Program-made: the position numbers and the translations under genes
Sequence record: OQ417969.1
DNA from: Mycobacterium phage prophiT37-1
Length of the DNA: 64,000 bases
Reading direction: 5' to 3' (one strand)
Part shown: positions 8,480 to 18,558 of the stretch, in pieces
Position numbering within the stretch: position 1 is the first letter of the stretch
Layout of the letters: each line of letters opens with the position of its first letter
Notes under the pieces: generated by a model
What the model was told of the DNA's origin: nothing
What the model saw: only the letters and a program-made list of their open reading frames with translations
The model's database searches: none

Positions 8480-9367
8480 ATGTCCTGGGAATTCGTAACA
8501 TTCCTCATCGTCGGCGGCATCGCACTGCTGCTATTTCTGGGCGGTCTAGGCGTCAAATTCCTAGACCGTAACTCTGAGGGCGCCGTTGTCTCGATGGGCG
8601 TCGGTGTCATAGGCGTTGTGTTGGCCTTCGCGGTCCTCCTGATCGGCTGCTTCACGGTCGTAGGCACCCGCAAGGTCGGTATCGAGACCGTGTTCGGAAA
8701 GCCCTCCGGCGAGACGCTGTCCAACGGCTTTCACTGGAAGAAGCCGTGGGCGACGGTCGACGAGATGGACGCGGCAGTCCAGATCGATAAATACGAGGGC
8801 ACCGGCCGCATCAAGGTCCGCCTGGGCAACTCGTCCACCGCCGACGCTGACGTATCCGTGCGCTGGCAGATCAAGCAGGACGCCGCCGACGAGCTGTACG
8901 TGCAATACCGGTCATTCGACAACGTTCGCACCAACCTCATCACCCGCAACCTCCAGGTCTCACTCAACGACGTGTTCTCCAAGCTCGACCCACTGGCAAC
9001 CAAGTGGGCCAACGGATTACCGCTGGAGACCTTCGCCAAGGAAGCGTCCGAGAAGCTACGCGCCCTGGTAGGTGACCAGGTCGACATCCTGGACGTCGCC
9101 GTCCCCACCATCGACTATGACGACGGCACCGAGGCCCGTATCAACGAGCTGAACGCAGAGCGTGCGAACACCGCGAAGGCCGAACAGGCGAAGAAGACGG
9201 CCACCGAACAGGCCGAGGCCAACCGCATCCTCTCCTCATCAGTATCCAACGACCCCAACGTGATTGTGCAGAACTGCATCACGAAGGCACTGGACAAGGG
9301 CATGTCGCCGTGGGGCTGCTGGCCCGGCACCGGCGCCCTCGCCACCATCACCGCACCCATCAAGTAA
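8480..9367 (+). CDS. SPFH/band-7 (prohibitin/HflC-like) membrane protein
   Basis: two N-terminal TM helices followed by GIETVFGK...GFHWKKPWATVDEMD, an SPFH signature. Confidence 0.6.
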   Translation: MSWEFVTFLIVGGIALLLFLGGLGVKFLDRNSEGAVVSMGVGVIGVVLAFAVLLIGCFTVVGTRKVGIETVFGKPSGETLSNGFHWKKPWATVDEMDAAVQIDKYEGTGRIKVRLGNSSTADADVSVRWQIKQDAADELYVQYRSFDNVRTNLITRNLQVSLNDVFSKLDPLATKWANGLPLETFAKEASEKLRALVGDQVDILDVAVPTIDYDDGTEARINELNAERANTAKAEQAKKTATEQAEANRILSSSVSNDPNVIVQNCITKALDKGMSPWGCWPGTGALATITAPIK

Positions 9368-9393
9368 CACCCCACGAAAGGAACACCGCCCAT

Positions 9394-9759
9394 ATGACCA
9401 CTCCAGCCCCCGAGGAAGCGGACCGGGTACGCCCGTTCGCCGACTTCCTGCGGGAACTACAGAAGGGCCGCGTGCACGACGAGCTGTCCGACGGCCTCAA
9501 GGAAGTTGTTGCCGCCGTCCGCGCGACCGGCAAGGCCGGGTCACTCACGTTGAAGCTCAGCGTTTCTGAGCAGGCCAACACCTCCATGTTGGTCATCAAG
9601 GACGACGTGACTGTCAAGGCGCCGCAGGCCGACCGCCAGGTATCCCTCTGGTTCGTCGACCGCGAGGGCAACGTCACCCGCACCGACCCGGCGCAACTCC
9701 AGTTCGAGTCCATGAAAGCGGTCGCCGAGAGCACCACGAACATCCGAAAGGAAGCCTGA
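9394..9759 (+). CDS. hypothetical protein
   Basis: ORF within 9310..9759 frame; ATG follows a GAAAGGAAC RBS-like sequence. Confidence 0.45.
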   Translation: MTTPAPEEADRVRPFADFLRELQKGRVHDELSDGLKEVVAAVRATGKAGSLTLKLSVSEQANTSMLVIKDDVTVKAPQADRQVSLWFVDREGNVTRTDPAQLQFESMKAVAESTTNIRKEA

Positions 9760-9762
9760 CCC

Positions 9763-10587
9763 ATGACCGACGAAATCCGTACCGAGGCAGATGCTGTCGC
9801 CGAACTCGCCAACGCGGCGGAGCGTTACAGCACTGAGCAGGTTGTGCCCGACACCGAGCACGTCCTGTCGTTCGTCACCCGCGACGACGAGGGCCGCGAC
9901 TTCGACTCGCTGGAGCGGTACCTGCCGAACCCTCGACGCGACCGCGGCACCACCACCGTGCTGGACGTCGACAGCTTCAACAAGCTGACCGACGGCGTCC
10001 TGCAACTCGATGCCGTCGCGTACGCCGACCGCGGCCCCAGCCGGATCACCGCGGTACTGAACGACAAGGGCTGGCGTGACCACCGCATCGTGGTGGCGCT
10101 CCAGCTGTCCCGCGAGTGGAACCACTGGGCGGCAGCCGACGGCAAGCTGCTCAACCAGATTGCGTTCGCCGAGCACATCGAGGACGGCCTGGCCGCCATC
10201 ACGTCGCCACCGGCGGCGGACCTGATGGAGGTCGTGCAGAACTTCCAGACGAAGCGCAAGGTCGAGTTCCAGTCCGGCCACCGCACCCAGTCCGGCGAGG
10301 TGCAGTTCCAGTACAAGGAGGAGGCCACCGCAACCGCTGGCGGCAAGGGCGGGCATATCGAGGTGCCCGAGCACTTCACCCTCCGCATCCCGGTCTACGA
10401 GCGCGGCGACGTGTACGACCTGACCGCCCGCCTGCGGTTCCGCATCGGCCAGGACGGCTTGCTCCTCGGCTACAAGCTGGACCGCGCCGGGGACGTCAAG
10501 GACGCAGCGTTCGACGCTGAGGTGGCGAAGCTGGCCGTCATCAAGTCCGTGTTTGGTCCCGCGCCCGACACGATCCGCGAGCTGTGA
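9763..10587 (+). CDS. hypothetical protein (274 aa)
   Basis: long ORF, coding periodicity. Confidence 0.5.
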   Translation: MTDEIRTEADAVAELANAAERYSTEQVVPDTEHVLSFVTRDDEGRDFDSLERYLPNPRRDRGTTTVLDVDSFNKLTDGVLQLDAVAYADRGPSRITAVLNDKGWRDHRIVVALQLSREWNHWAAADGKLLNQIAFAEHIEDGLAAITSPPAADLMEVVQNFQTKRKVEFQSGHRTQSGEVQFQYKEEATATAGGKGGHIEVPEHFTLRIPVYERGDVYDLTARLRFRIGQDGLLLGYKLDRAGDVKDAAFDAEVAKLAVIKSVFGPAPDTIREL

Positions 10588-10607
10588 GCAGGAGGAAGGA
10601 GTTCCCG

Positions 10608-10985
10608 TTGGTGGCGGTGTTAGCCGTCACCAACGGACTCCCCGAAGGCGCCATCTGCACCGTGGTGCAGGTGCAGGACCTGTTGTCGCACATGACCGGT
10701 AACCGCATCTTCCTGCATCAGATACCGCGGGCGAAGGACGTGTGCGGAAAGTTCCTCCGCGACCAGCACACCTGGCTAGACAACACCTGCCCGTCGTCCG
10801 AGCAGCTGGCCGACGTCGCCAAGTTGCGGCGCTGGGCGAATGCAGTGGAGAAGGTGCGCGGCGAAACGGTGAAGGTCAGCGTGTTGCCCGGGGACGCGTA
10901 CACCTACATGGACCCGATCATCGAGAACGCGGTCAACATCAAGGCCGCGGAGCAGGCAGCCAAGGAGAAGGCGGCGGCAGGGTGA
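10608..10985 (+). CDS. hypothetical protein
   Basis: GGAGGAAGGAG RBS then TTG start; in frame of 10584..10985. Confidence 0.4.
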   Translation: MVAVLAVTNGLPEGAICTVVQVQDLLSHMTGNRIFLHQIPRAKDVCGKFLRDQHTWLDNTCPSSEQLADVAKLRRWANAVEKVRGETVKVSVLPGDAYTYMDPIIENAVNIKAAEQAAKEKAAAG

Positions 10986-11260
10986 CCACACACTCCGCCA
11001 CCGGCTACTTGATCTTGGAGGCGTCCCGCGGCTGGCGCATGGGTGACGACGGACTCAAGGTCGTCAACGGCCTACGCATCGCCGGATACCGGGCCAACCG
11101 CCCGGCGAAGCTGGCGCGGGACCAGATCACCGTCAAGGTCGGGGTGACAGTGGATGCGGCTGAATTCTCGCCCATAACAGCAGAAATCGCGATCACCCTC
11201 GACCCGTCTCAGGTCATCCACCCGGTCATTGAAGCCCTAGACCCAGCCAAGGAGCCCTGA
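10982..11260 (+). CDS. hypothetical protein
   Basis: GTGA overlap start. Confidence 0.4.
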   Translation: MTTHSATGYLILEASRGWRMGDDGLKVVNGLRIAGYRANRPAKLARDQITVKVGVTVDAAEFSPITAEIAITLDPSQVIHPVIEALDPAKEP

Positions 11261-11556
11261 TGGCCACCCTCACCCAGGCCGACATGTTCCCCACAGCGAA
11301 GCGGAACACCCTCAATTACCGGGGCGACATCGCCGACCACGTCATGAGTGTGAACCAGCGATGGGGGCCGGACATGTTCGGTGCCCTCTACACACCCGTG
11401 GCGGCGGTCTACGACCCCGAGGCCGACCAGACAAAGGTCACCTTCCGGTCTATCCCACGCCCACAACCACAACGCGCCCACCAGCGCGACGAGATCCCGT
11501 TGGCACATCCGGACGGCAACCGGCGCCAGCGCCGAAGCAAGGGGAAGAAGTATTGA
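11260..11556 (+). CDS. hypothetical protein
   Basis: ORF. Confidence 0.45.
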   Translation: MATLTQADMFPTAKRNTLNYRGDIADHVMSVNQRWGPDMFGALYTPVAAVYDPEADQTKVTFRSIPRPQPQRAHQRDEIPLAHPDGNRRQRRSKGKKY

Positions 11557-11918
11557 CTACCAACGATATTGAGCGCGTGGTGAAGGCAGCAGCTGACGTC
11601 ACCAACCGACTCCTCCATGGAGTAGCCAACCGGATCGATACATTCGTCCAGAGTGTTGATACGGAAGCACTGGCCGACGCGATCACCGGTATGCGGGCCA
11701 CAGTCCACCCCGGCACGAAACCTGCGCCAGCTCAGACCGTGTATGTAAGGACCGCGGTGCGGTGCGTCACCTGCCAGGGCGTGTACCGCGTCAAGACCGA
11801 CGGGCGTAACCCGCTGTGGGTATGCCAGCCTTGCGCCCGCCAATGGTGCCGCTGGGACGGTGTCGCACCGCAGGTTTCAACACACCTGCGAGTTGTTGGG
11901 GCGGGGGAGAAGCGATGA
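11553..11918 (+). CDS. hypothetical protein
   Basis: TTG start overlapping the upstream stop; C-terminal CxxC...C..C. Confidence 0.4.
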   Translation: MTTNDIERVVKAAADVTNRLLHGVANRIDTFVQSVDTEALADAITGMRATVHPGTKPAPAQTVYVRTAVRCVTCQGVYRVKTDGRNPLWVCQPCARQWCRWDGVAPQVSTHLRVVGAGEKR

Positions 11919-12883
11919 CCGCCACCGGCCCCAACAACCACCACTGGCTGCGCAAGTGGTTGCGCCTGGAACCGCATCAACCCATCGGCGCCGAAGGCGA
12001 GGCGCCGTACCTATTGCGCTGGTACGTAATCCCGCGCAACCGGTGGCTCAACATCTACCTACACAAGTTCCTGCGTGACGACGACGACCGCGCCCTGCAC
12101 GACCACCCCTGGTGGTTCGTCTCCCTGATGTTGTGGGGGCAGTACGTGGAGGTCACTGAGGAGGGTCGGTCCGTCAGGTCCGCCCCGGAGCCGTGGCGCT
12201 TCTTCTGGGGCGACCGGCCGCTGGCATTCCGGCGAGGCACATGGCGGCACCGCGTGGAGTTGGTACCGGCCGCGACGCACTCAAATCAGTTCCTCGCGCG
12301 CCGCGATCAGCGCAAGCTCCCGTGCTGGACACTCATCGTGACAGGGCGGCGGGTACGCCTTTGGGGGTTCTGGTGCAAAGACCGCGCGGATGAAACCAAC
12401 GTCGACAACGCCATCGACCGTATGCGCGTGCGGCGCGGTGAGGTCTTCGAAGTAGACCGGTTTATCCCATGGGACGAGTTCGGGGCGGCTGGGTGCGGTG
12501 AGCCCACAACGGTGGACGAACAGCAGCGACCGGGCACGTCACCCACCCGCGTAATAGACGCAGCACACCTGGCGCGACAGCGTGCATTCAGCCTCGCAAC
12601 CTTCGGCCCGGGTGCCCGAACCAACGGAGTCTTGGACCACATCGGCAAAGAGCTGAACGAGATACGGGACGCCCCTGACGACATCTCCGAATGGGTAGAC
12701 GTCATCATCCTGGCCTTCGACGGAGCCTGGCGCGCGGGCTGGGAACCGCAACAGATCATCGACGCGATCCTTGCGAAGCAGACCAGGAACGAGCAACGCA
12801 CGTGGCCCGACTGGCGCACCGCAGACCCCAACAAGGCCATCGAGCACGTGCACAGCGACGTAGACGGCGACGTAAACCGATGA
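11915..12883 (+). CDS. two-domain protein with C-terminal MazG-like NTP pyrophosphohydrolase domain
   Basis: C-terminal LDHIGKELNEIRDAPDDISEWVDVIILAFD has a MazG-like EExxE/D pattern. Confidence 0.45.
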   Translation: MTATGPNNHHWLRKWLRLEPHQPIGAEGEAPYLLRWYVIPRNRWLNIYLHKFLRDDDDRALHDHPWWFVSLMLWGQYVEVTEEGRSVRSAPEPWRFFWGDRPLAFRRGTWRHRVELVPAATHSNQFLARRDQRKLPCWTLIVTGRRVRLWGFWCKDRADETNVDNAIDRMRVRRGEVFEVDRFIPWDEFGAAGCGEPTTVDEQQRPGTSPTRVIDAAHLARQRAFSLATFGPGARTNGVLDHIGKELNEIRDAPDDISEWVDVIILAFDGAWRAGWEPQQIIDAILAKQTRNEQRTWPDWRTADPNKAIEHVHSDVDGDVNR

Positions 12884-13350
12884 AGATCATTGATACACAA
12901 CGGCAATGGGCCGTCGTGTGCACCGTATGCCCACCCGGACCCGGTGACAGCGACGGCCAAACCTGGGCATTCCCAGGCACCGATGAAGGCAAGGTTCACG
13001 CGGAAGCATTTGCCGTCCGCCACAACTCGCTGCAAGGTCACCGCACTTACGTCAGCGAGCAGTACGTCATGGAGGCGACCCTGCGCGACAATGGAGCGGG
13101 GTACATGGCCCTGCCTCTGGACGCTGACGGGGAGCGCCTAGCCTCCGCTATTGCCGTAAAGGTCAACCTTCCAACGGTATTCCCCGGCCGCCCCGCGGTG
13201 TACTACCTCGCCACCTGCCAGGAGTGCGTCGATATGAAGCTCCCGTTTGGCGCCGAGGACGACCGTGACCTATGGGCCGACGGCCACCACAAGGGCACTG
13301 GCCACGACGTCACCCCATCCGTCGAAGTACGACCGGACCAAGGGGAATAA
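12880..13350 (+). CDS. hypothetical protein
   Basis: ATGA overlap. Confidence 0.45.
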   Translation: MKIIDTQRQWAVVCTVCPPGPGDSDGQTWAFPGTDEGKVHAEAFAVRHNSLQGHRTYVSEQYVMEATLRDNGAGYMALPLDADGERLASAIAVKVNLPTVFPGRPAVYYLATCQECVDMKLPFGAEDDRDLWADGHHKGTGHDVTPSVEVRPDQGE

Positions 13351-13352
13351 CG

Positions 13353-13565
13353 GTGAGCCAAACAGTCCACATCCGCACCGGCATCTACACCACCAGCGGC
13401 GGAATCACTTTCACCGTCAACGACAGCGATCTAGGCGTATGCGGCATAACCCACTGTGGGCAGACCGCGATGATCGCCATAGACCTTGACGGCCAGGGCG
13501 GCCTTCGCTGCCCCGAGCACTACCAGCCGTGGGCGGACAACCCCGCAGAAACGAGCGAGCAATGA
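13353..13565 (+). CDS. small hypothetical protein
   Basis: GTG start 3 nt after the upstream stop. Confidence 0.35.
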   Translation: MSQTVHIRTGIYTTSGGITFTVNDSDLGVCGITHCGQTAMIAIDLDGQGGLRCPEHYQPWADNPAETSEQ

Positions 13566-14167
13566 CCATCTACTGCTACGACACAGAGTTCCTGGAAGAC
13601 GGCCGCACCATAGACCTGATCTCAATCGGAATCGTGTGCGAGGACGGCCGCGAATACTACGCCGTCAACAGCGAGGCCGATTGGGACCGTATCCGCAAGG
13701 ACGACTGGCTCATGGACAACGTCGTACGCCACTTGCCCACCCACCCAACCGGGGAGGTGAAGAAGCGTCAAGGATTCAGCGCTACCGGTTGGTCGTGGGG
13801 AGGAATAGACATGCGCTCCCCGCTGGTAAAGCCAAAGTGGGTAATTGCCAACGAGGTTCGCCAGTTCATCATCGGTGACCTCGCAGACCGAAACGAGGCT
13901 GTCGCCGACCACGAGCTACCGGTGCTCTGGGCTTACTACGGCGCCTACGACCACGTGGCCCTGTGCCAGCTATGGGGTCGGATGATTCACCACCCTCGGT
14001 TCATGCCCATGTACACCCTGGACCTCAAGCAGGAGATGGACCGCCTCAGTATCAGCGGCAGCACTGTACCGAAACCTGGTACCGCCCACGACGCTCTTTC
14101 CGACGCCCGGTGGAACTGGCGAATGCTCAACAAACTGCGCACCGCGGCAGCAGAGGCGGCGTTCTGA
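13562..14167 (+). CDS. DEDDh 3'-5' exonuclease (second copy)
   Basis: YCYDTEF, YGAYDHVAL and HDALSDA exo motifs. Confidence 0.7.
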   Translation: MTIYCYDTEFLEDGRTIDLISIGIVCEDGREYYAVNSEADWDRIRKDDWLMDNVVRHLPTHPTGEVKKRQGFSATGWSWGGIDMRSPLVKPKWVIANEVRQFIIGDLADRNEAVADHELPVLWAYYGAYDHVALCQLWGRMIHHPRFMPMYTLDLKQEMDRLSISGSTVPKPGTAHDALSDARWNWRMLNKLRTAAAEAAF

Positions 14168-15183
14168 TGGGGGACAAAACAGGCATCGAATGGACTGATG
14201 CCACTTGGTCACCAGTGACCGGTTGCACCCGTGTCAGTGATGGATGCCTGAACTGCTACATCGAACGATCGACACCAATTCGTATCGCAGGCCGAAAGTT
14301 TGACGGTGAAGGCATCGGGTCGAGTCTGGCGGTACAACTCCACCCGAACCGTCTGGACTGGCCACTCCGAAAGCGTGACGGGAAGAAGATCTTCGTCTGC
14401 TCACAAGCCGACCTTTTCCACTCTGATGTGCCCGACGAGTACATCGCGAAGGTGTTCGCCGTCATGGCGCTCGCCCCGCACCACACCTTCCAGGTGCTCA
14501 CCAAACGCCACGACCGCATGCGGTCGCTCCTGAGTAGTCATGCCTTCTGGGCGCGGGTTGGCGTGGCGGGGCTCGACCGCGATGTTTGGTTGCCCCAGGC
14601 CGGTGTTTCGCTAGATCAGCACTACCTGCCCAACGTCTGGTTGGGAGTGAGCGCAGAAGATCAGAAGCGCGCCGACCTCCGCATCCCGGCGCTGCTGGAC
14701 ACCCCGGCCGCCGTGCGGTTCATCAGTGCCGAGCCGCTTCTCGGGCCGATCGACCTACATGCCGACCCGATCGGGAAAGACTCGGTGTTCTGGATCGGGC
14801 GTCTGGACTGGGTGATCGTCGGCGGCGAGTCCGGGTCGGGCGCGCGGCCGATGCATCCGTGGTGGGCGGAGAGCCTGCACCGCCAGTGTGTGGCAGCCGG
14901 TGTCCCGTTCCTGTTCAAGCAATGGGGCGATTGGACACCCATGGCGCCGTTGAAGAAGGGCCGTTTCGACTTCTCGAACGGTATCGCGATGACCGACGAC
15001 GGAAACACCTACAACGCGGGTGATCTGGACTGGCCTGACGGCCCGCGCCGTGGTGAGGCGATACGCGCCGACTTCCCACACCACCACCCGACCTCCATGT
15101 ACCGCGTCGGGAAGAAGGCGGCGGGCCGCGAGCTGTACCACGACGGCCGGACCTTCGACGGCTACCCCCAGGTGTTGGCGTGA
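14167..15183 (+). CDS. phage Gp37/Gp68-family protein
   Basis: N-terminal GIEWTDATWSPVTGCTRVSDGCLNCY is the family signature. Confidence 0.7.
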   Translation: MGDKTGIEWTDATWSPVTGCTRVSDGCLNCYIERSTPIRIAGRKFDGEGIGSSLAVQLHPNRLDWPLRKRDGKKIFVCSQADLFHSDVPDEYIAKVFAVMALAPHHTFQVLTKRHDRMRSLLSSHAFWARVGVAGLDRDVWLPQAGVSLDQHYLPNVWLGVSAEDQKRADLRIPALLDTPAAVRFISAEPLLGPIDLHADPIGKDSVFWIGRLDWVIVGGESGSGARPMHPWWAESLHRQCVAAGVPFLFKQWGDWTPMAPLKKGRFDFSNGIAMTDDGNTYNAGDLDWPDGPRRGEAIRADFPHHHPTSMYRVGKKAAGRELYHDGRTFDGYPQVLA

Positions 15184-15377
15184 TGGCGTTTCAGGCTAAA
15201 TACCGCGGGCAGTGCCGTAACTGCGGTGAGCAGATCGAGCCGGGTGACTTGGCGACCTACATGCACGATCACATCGTCCATGACCAATGCCCTGACGCGG
15301 TCGATCCGGCACAGCCCGGGCGGCAGGAGCGAAAGTGCCCGGACTGCCACACAATCCACGCAGGGGAGTGCTTCTGA
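15180..15377 (+). CDS. small Cys-rich protein
   Basis: CRNCG...CPDC. Confidence 0.4.
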   Translation: MMAFQAKYRGQCRNCGEQIEPGDLATYMHDHIVHDQCPDAVDPAQPGRQERKCPDCHTIHAGECF

Positions 15378-16012
15378 TGACGACCGTCTGGTTCACCTCC
15401 GACCTACACATCGGGCATGCCCTGGTCGCGGAGGAACGCGCCAACCGCGCCAACATCGCGGTCCCGCTGGCCCCTACAGAACGTAGTGAGCACTGCATCC
15501 GGTGGCACGACCGGACCCTCGCCGAGAATTGGGACGCAGTCGTTCAGCCGCACGACCAGGTGTGGGTGCTGGGCGACCTCAGCGCCGGATCATCTGGAGC
15601 ACAAAGGAACGCGCTGAAATGGATCGAGCAAAGGCCCGGCGAGAAGCACCTGGTTTCCGGGAACCACGACCGCGTCCACTCCATGTATCGGGACGCCCAC
15701 AAGTGGCAGGCGCACTACCTGGAGGTGTTCCAGTCGGTGCAGCCGTTCGCCCGTCGCCGCGTGGGCGGACACACCGCGTTGCTGTCGCACCTGCCCTACC
15801 GCGGCGACCACACCACGGAGCAGCGCTACAACCAGTACCGGCTCCGCGACGAGGGCGAGTGGCTTCTACACGGGCACACCCATTCCCGCGCCAGCTTCCT
15901 CCCACATGTGCACCAACGGCAGCTCCACGTGGGCGTAGACGCATGGCAGATGGCGCCCGTGAACATCGACGTGCTGGCTGACGGCATAGAGCAGCTGGGA
16001 GCCGAGTGGTGA
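15377..16012 (+). CDS. metallophosphoesterase (calcineurin-like)
   Basis: FTSDLHIGH...GNHD...GHTH motifs. Confidence 0.65.
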   Translation: MTTVWFTSDLHIGHALVAEERANRANIAVPLAPTERSEHCIRWHDRTLAENWDAVVQPHDQVWVLGDLSAGSSGAQRNALKWIEQRPGEKHLVSGNHDRVHSMYRDAHKWQAHYLEVFQSVQPFARRRVGGHTALLSHLPYRGDHTTEQRYNQYRLRDEGEWLLHGHTHSRASFLPHVHQRQLHVGVDAWQMAPVNIDVLADGIEQLGAEW

Positions 16013-16362
16013 GCGGCGGCAGCTTCAACTACCTGTACTCGGACGCCCTAGACGAAGTCATGTGCCACATGTCCACCCTCAACGACATGGCCGACGCCCT
16101 CGACTCGTCCTTTCCGGGAACTCGCGCCGCACGGGACACCCGCGCACTCATCGCCCGCATTAACGAGGCGTTGACCGCGTGGGAGTCCGAGCAGATGAGG
16201 GCGCTACGGGACGTCTGGCACGACGTCGAGTGGTGGATGTCCATGGACTACAGCCGAGATAAGGCACAGGCGGCCGTCGACAACTACCGCAGCAACCACA
16301 ACGGGCTGCTCAGCTGGGCGCCCATGTCCGGCAACGCAACCCACAACAAGGAGACAGCGTGA
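16006..16362 (+). CDS. hypothetical protein
   Basis: ORF. Confidence 0.45.
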   Translation: MVSGGSFNYLYSDALDEVMCHMSTLNDMADALDSSFPGTRAARDTRALIARINEALTAWESEQMRALRDVWHDVEWWMSMDYSRDKAQAAVDNYRSNHNGLLSWAPMSGNATHNKETA

Positions 16363-16781
16363 ACCTCAACGCGACACTGGACAACGACACACCGGCGCAG
16401 ACCCCAGCCTCGCCGGAGGCTCCACTTGAATATCTGGACGGCCGTGTGACCGTTAGCGACACCGAGCTGGCTGCCATGATCGTTTGGCTACAGAGGGAGA
16501 TACCCAGCTTCCCGCAGAAGCTGGATTACAACATCGCCAAACAGCTAGTGGTCGGGTTGCTCCGCGCCCTCAACGTCAAGCGCCTGGGCTACGCCGAGGG
16601 CAGCGTGGCCGTCCACACGGACGGTCGCCTGGCCCGCCGCTACTACTCGGCCACCGAGAAGCGGTTGACCTGGTTAGTGATTCAACCCCCCAGTGACGCG
16701 CCACTGGAGGTAGACAGCGGCAAGGAGCTGCCAGGTTTCAGCTGGACCGTCCACCCCGTGGAATGGGCCGTGACCCAGTGA
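16359..16781 (+). CDS. hypothetical protein
   Basis: ORF. Confidence 0.45.
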   Translation: MNLNATLDNDTPAQTPASPEAPLEYLDGRVTVSDTELAAMIVWLQREIPSFPQKLDYNIAKQLVVGLLRALNVKRLGYAEGSVAVHTDGRLARRYYSATEKRLTWLVIQPPSDAPLEVDSGKELPGFSWTVHPVEWAVTQ

Positions 16782-16788
16782 CCGGCTG

Positions 16789-17172
16789 GTGAGCATGCCC
16801 CAACGTATTCAGTTGCGGCGTAGCGCAGGGTGGCGGAAACCGGAAGGGGCGATAGTAGTTGCCCGGCCATCGCGATGGGGCAACCCGTTCAAGGTCGTGT
16901 GCACCGGGACGGAGCCCGGCCTTTTCAGCCGCCGTCGCGAACGTGTCTGGACCGTCGAAGGACCCGGAAAGTTCTTCCAGGGCACCGGGACACACGAGTG
17001 GGCAGCAGTCTACGCAGTGCGCCTGTACCGCCGCTGGCTCCTCAGCTCCATGAAGCGCGTGGAGGATCTGGTGCCCCTTCTCCGAGGCCACGACCTTTGC
17101 TGCTGGTGCCGACTCGACGCCCCCTGCCACGCGGACGTCCTACTAGAACTAGCCAACGAGAAGGAGATATAG
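16789..17172 (+). CDS. DUF4326-family protein
   Basis: ARPSRWGNPF and DLCCWCRLDAPCHADVL signatures. Confidence 0.6.
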   Translation: MSMPQRIQLRRSAGWRKPEGAIVVARPSRWGNPFKVVCTGTEPGLFSRRRERVWTVEGPGKFFQGTGTHEWAAVYAVRLYRRWLLSSMKRVEDLVPLLRGHDLCCWCRLDAPCHADVLLELANEKEI

Positions 17173-17174
17173 CT

Positions 17175-18119
17175 GTGCCGCGCGACCATGGTCGGATTCT
17201 TACAATCATTTGGCGGGACAAAGACTTTCAGCAGCGTTCCGTGGAGGCACAGCGCATGTACATGCTTCTGTTGTCGCAGCCGAATGTGAACAATGCCGGT
17301 GTCCTGCCGCTGCAACTAAGCAAGTGGGCGAAGGGCTGCGAGCAGACCAGCGTCGCCGATGTACGCCGCGCTACAAACGAACTCGCCGAGCACCTCTATG
17401 TGGCCTACGACGAGGACACCGAGGAACTGCTGGTCCGCTCGTATATTCGCAACGACGGCGTGCTTAAGCACAAGTACCTGTTCGCTAACGCTCTGAAATG
17501 CGCCCAGGCCGTCGAATCACCTAGCCTGCGTGCGGTACTGGCGGCCGAGTTGCGGCGCACCCGCCGTGCCGATGCGGTGACGGTCGCCAACCAGATCGAC
17601 CCGTCTGGCCCCGGCCCAGACGGCACCCCGACAGACCCTAGGCCGGACGACGACCCAACGTCCCCAGACAGTGACCTCGACGGCATTTCGATGCCATCTG
17701 AAACCGACCCCAATGGCATCGAAAACCCATCGCAAACCGATGTGCCATTGGAATGCCATTCCGATGGCATCGGGATCACTAGGGGGAAGGGGAAGGGGAG
17801 GGGGAAGGGGTCACCTTGGGTAGGTGGTTACGTTGGGGAGGCGCCCACCCGCTGCCCTAAGCACATCAACGACCCACACCCCCCAAACTGCCGCGACTGC
17901 ATGACAGCCCGACTGGCATCCGAGGCAGCCGCCCAGGAGGCAGCTGAACGTCAGAAGTCAGACCGGGCAGCAGCCCTGGCCCGACGCGAGGCGTGCACCC
18001 GCTGTCAGGGCGGCGGCTGGATCGAGGCCGACGACGGTTCCGGCGTCCTGCCCTGCACGTGCCGTAAACCCCTACAGCTCGTCCCACACCCCACCGACGC
18101 GCAGAGGGCAGCAGGATGA
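17175..18119 (+). CDS. DNA-binding / replisome-organizer-like protein with C-terminal Cys cluster
   Basis: AAGGAG RBS then GTG start; C-terminal CxxCxGGGW...C.C. Confidence 0.45.
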   Translation: MPRDHGRILTIIWRDKDFQQRSVEAQRMYMLLLSQPNVNNAGVLPLQLSKWAKGCEQTSVADVRRATNELAEHLYVAYDEDTEELLVRSYIRNDGVLKHKYLFANALKCAQAVESPSLRAVLAAELRRTRRADAVTVANQIDPSGPGPDGTPTDPRPDDDPTSPDSDLDGISMPSETDPNGIENPSQTDVPLECHSDGIGITRGKGKGRGKGSPWVGGYVGEAPTRCPKHINDPHPPNCRDCMTARLASEAAAQEAAERQKSDRAAALARREACTRCQGGGWIEADDGSGVLPCTCRKPLQLVPHPTDAQRAAG

Positions 18120-18132
18120 CCGCCAGCGCGAC

Positions 18133-18558
18133 ATGCTGGACCGTGCACGCCGGGGGCTGCCTGTGATGACCGGAGACCGCCTCACCGAACAGCAGATCGC
18201 AGCCCTAGTAGATACCCAGCTGGTCGGGCTCAACGACCAGTTTGTCGGTCGTCGCCCCACCTGCCAGCACCCGCAACGCACGTGCAGGCGGCCGGTCACC
18301 GCGGTCGTCTCGGTGCATGTCCTGGACAACTGCGACGGCGAGGAGGCCGACGAGTTCGGCAACGAGGTGTTCCTGTTGTGCACGAATTGCGCACGGGCGC
18401 TGTGGATGGCGGCCATGTGGGAGGTACGCGAACGCACCGTCGCCGCTACCCGTGCTGGCGTCATACCCATGTGCTCTACGTGCCAGGCACCGGTCGTCAA
18501 GCCATCGCACATCGTCCGCGATGTACGCAAATACGAGGAGGTTTTCAATGCACCGTGA
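18133..18558 (+). CDS. Cys-rich hypothetical protein
   Basis: ORF. Confidence 0.4.
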   Translation: MLDRARRGLPVMTGDRLTEQQIAALVDTQLVGLNDQFVGRRPTCQHPQRTCRRPVTAVVSVHVLDNCDGEEADEFGNEVFLLCTNCARALWMAAMWEVRERTVAATRAGVIPMCSTCQAPVVKPSHIVRDVRKYEEVFNAP

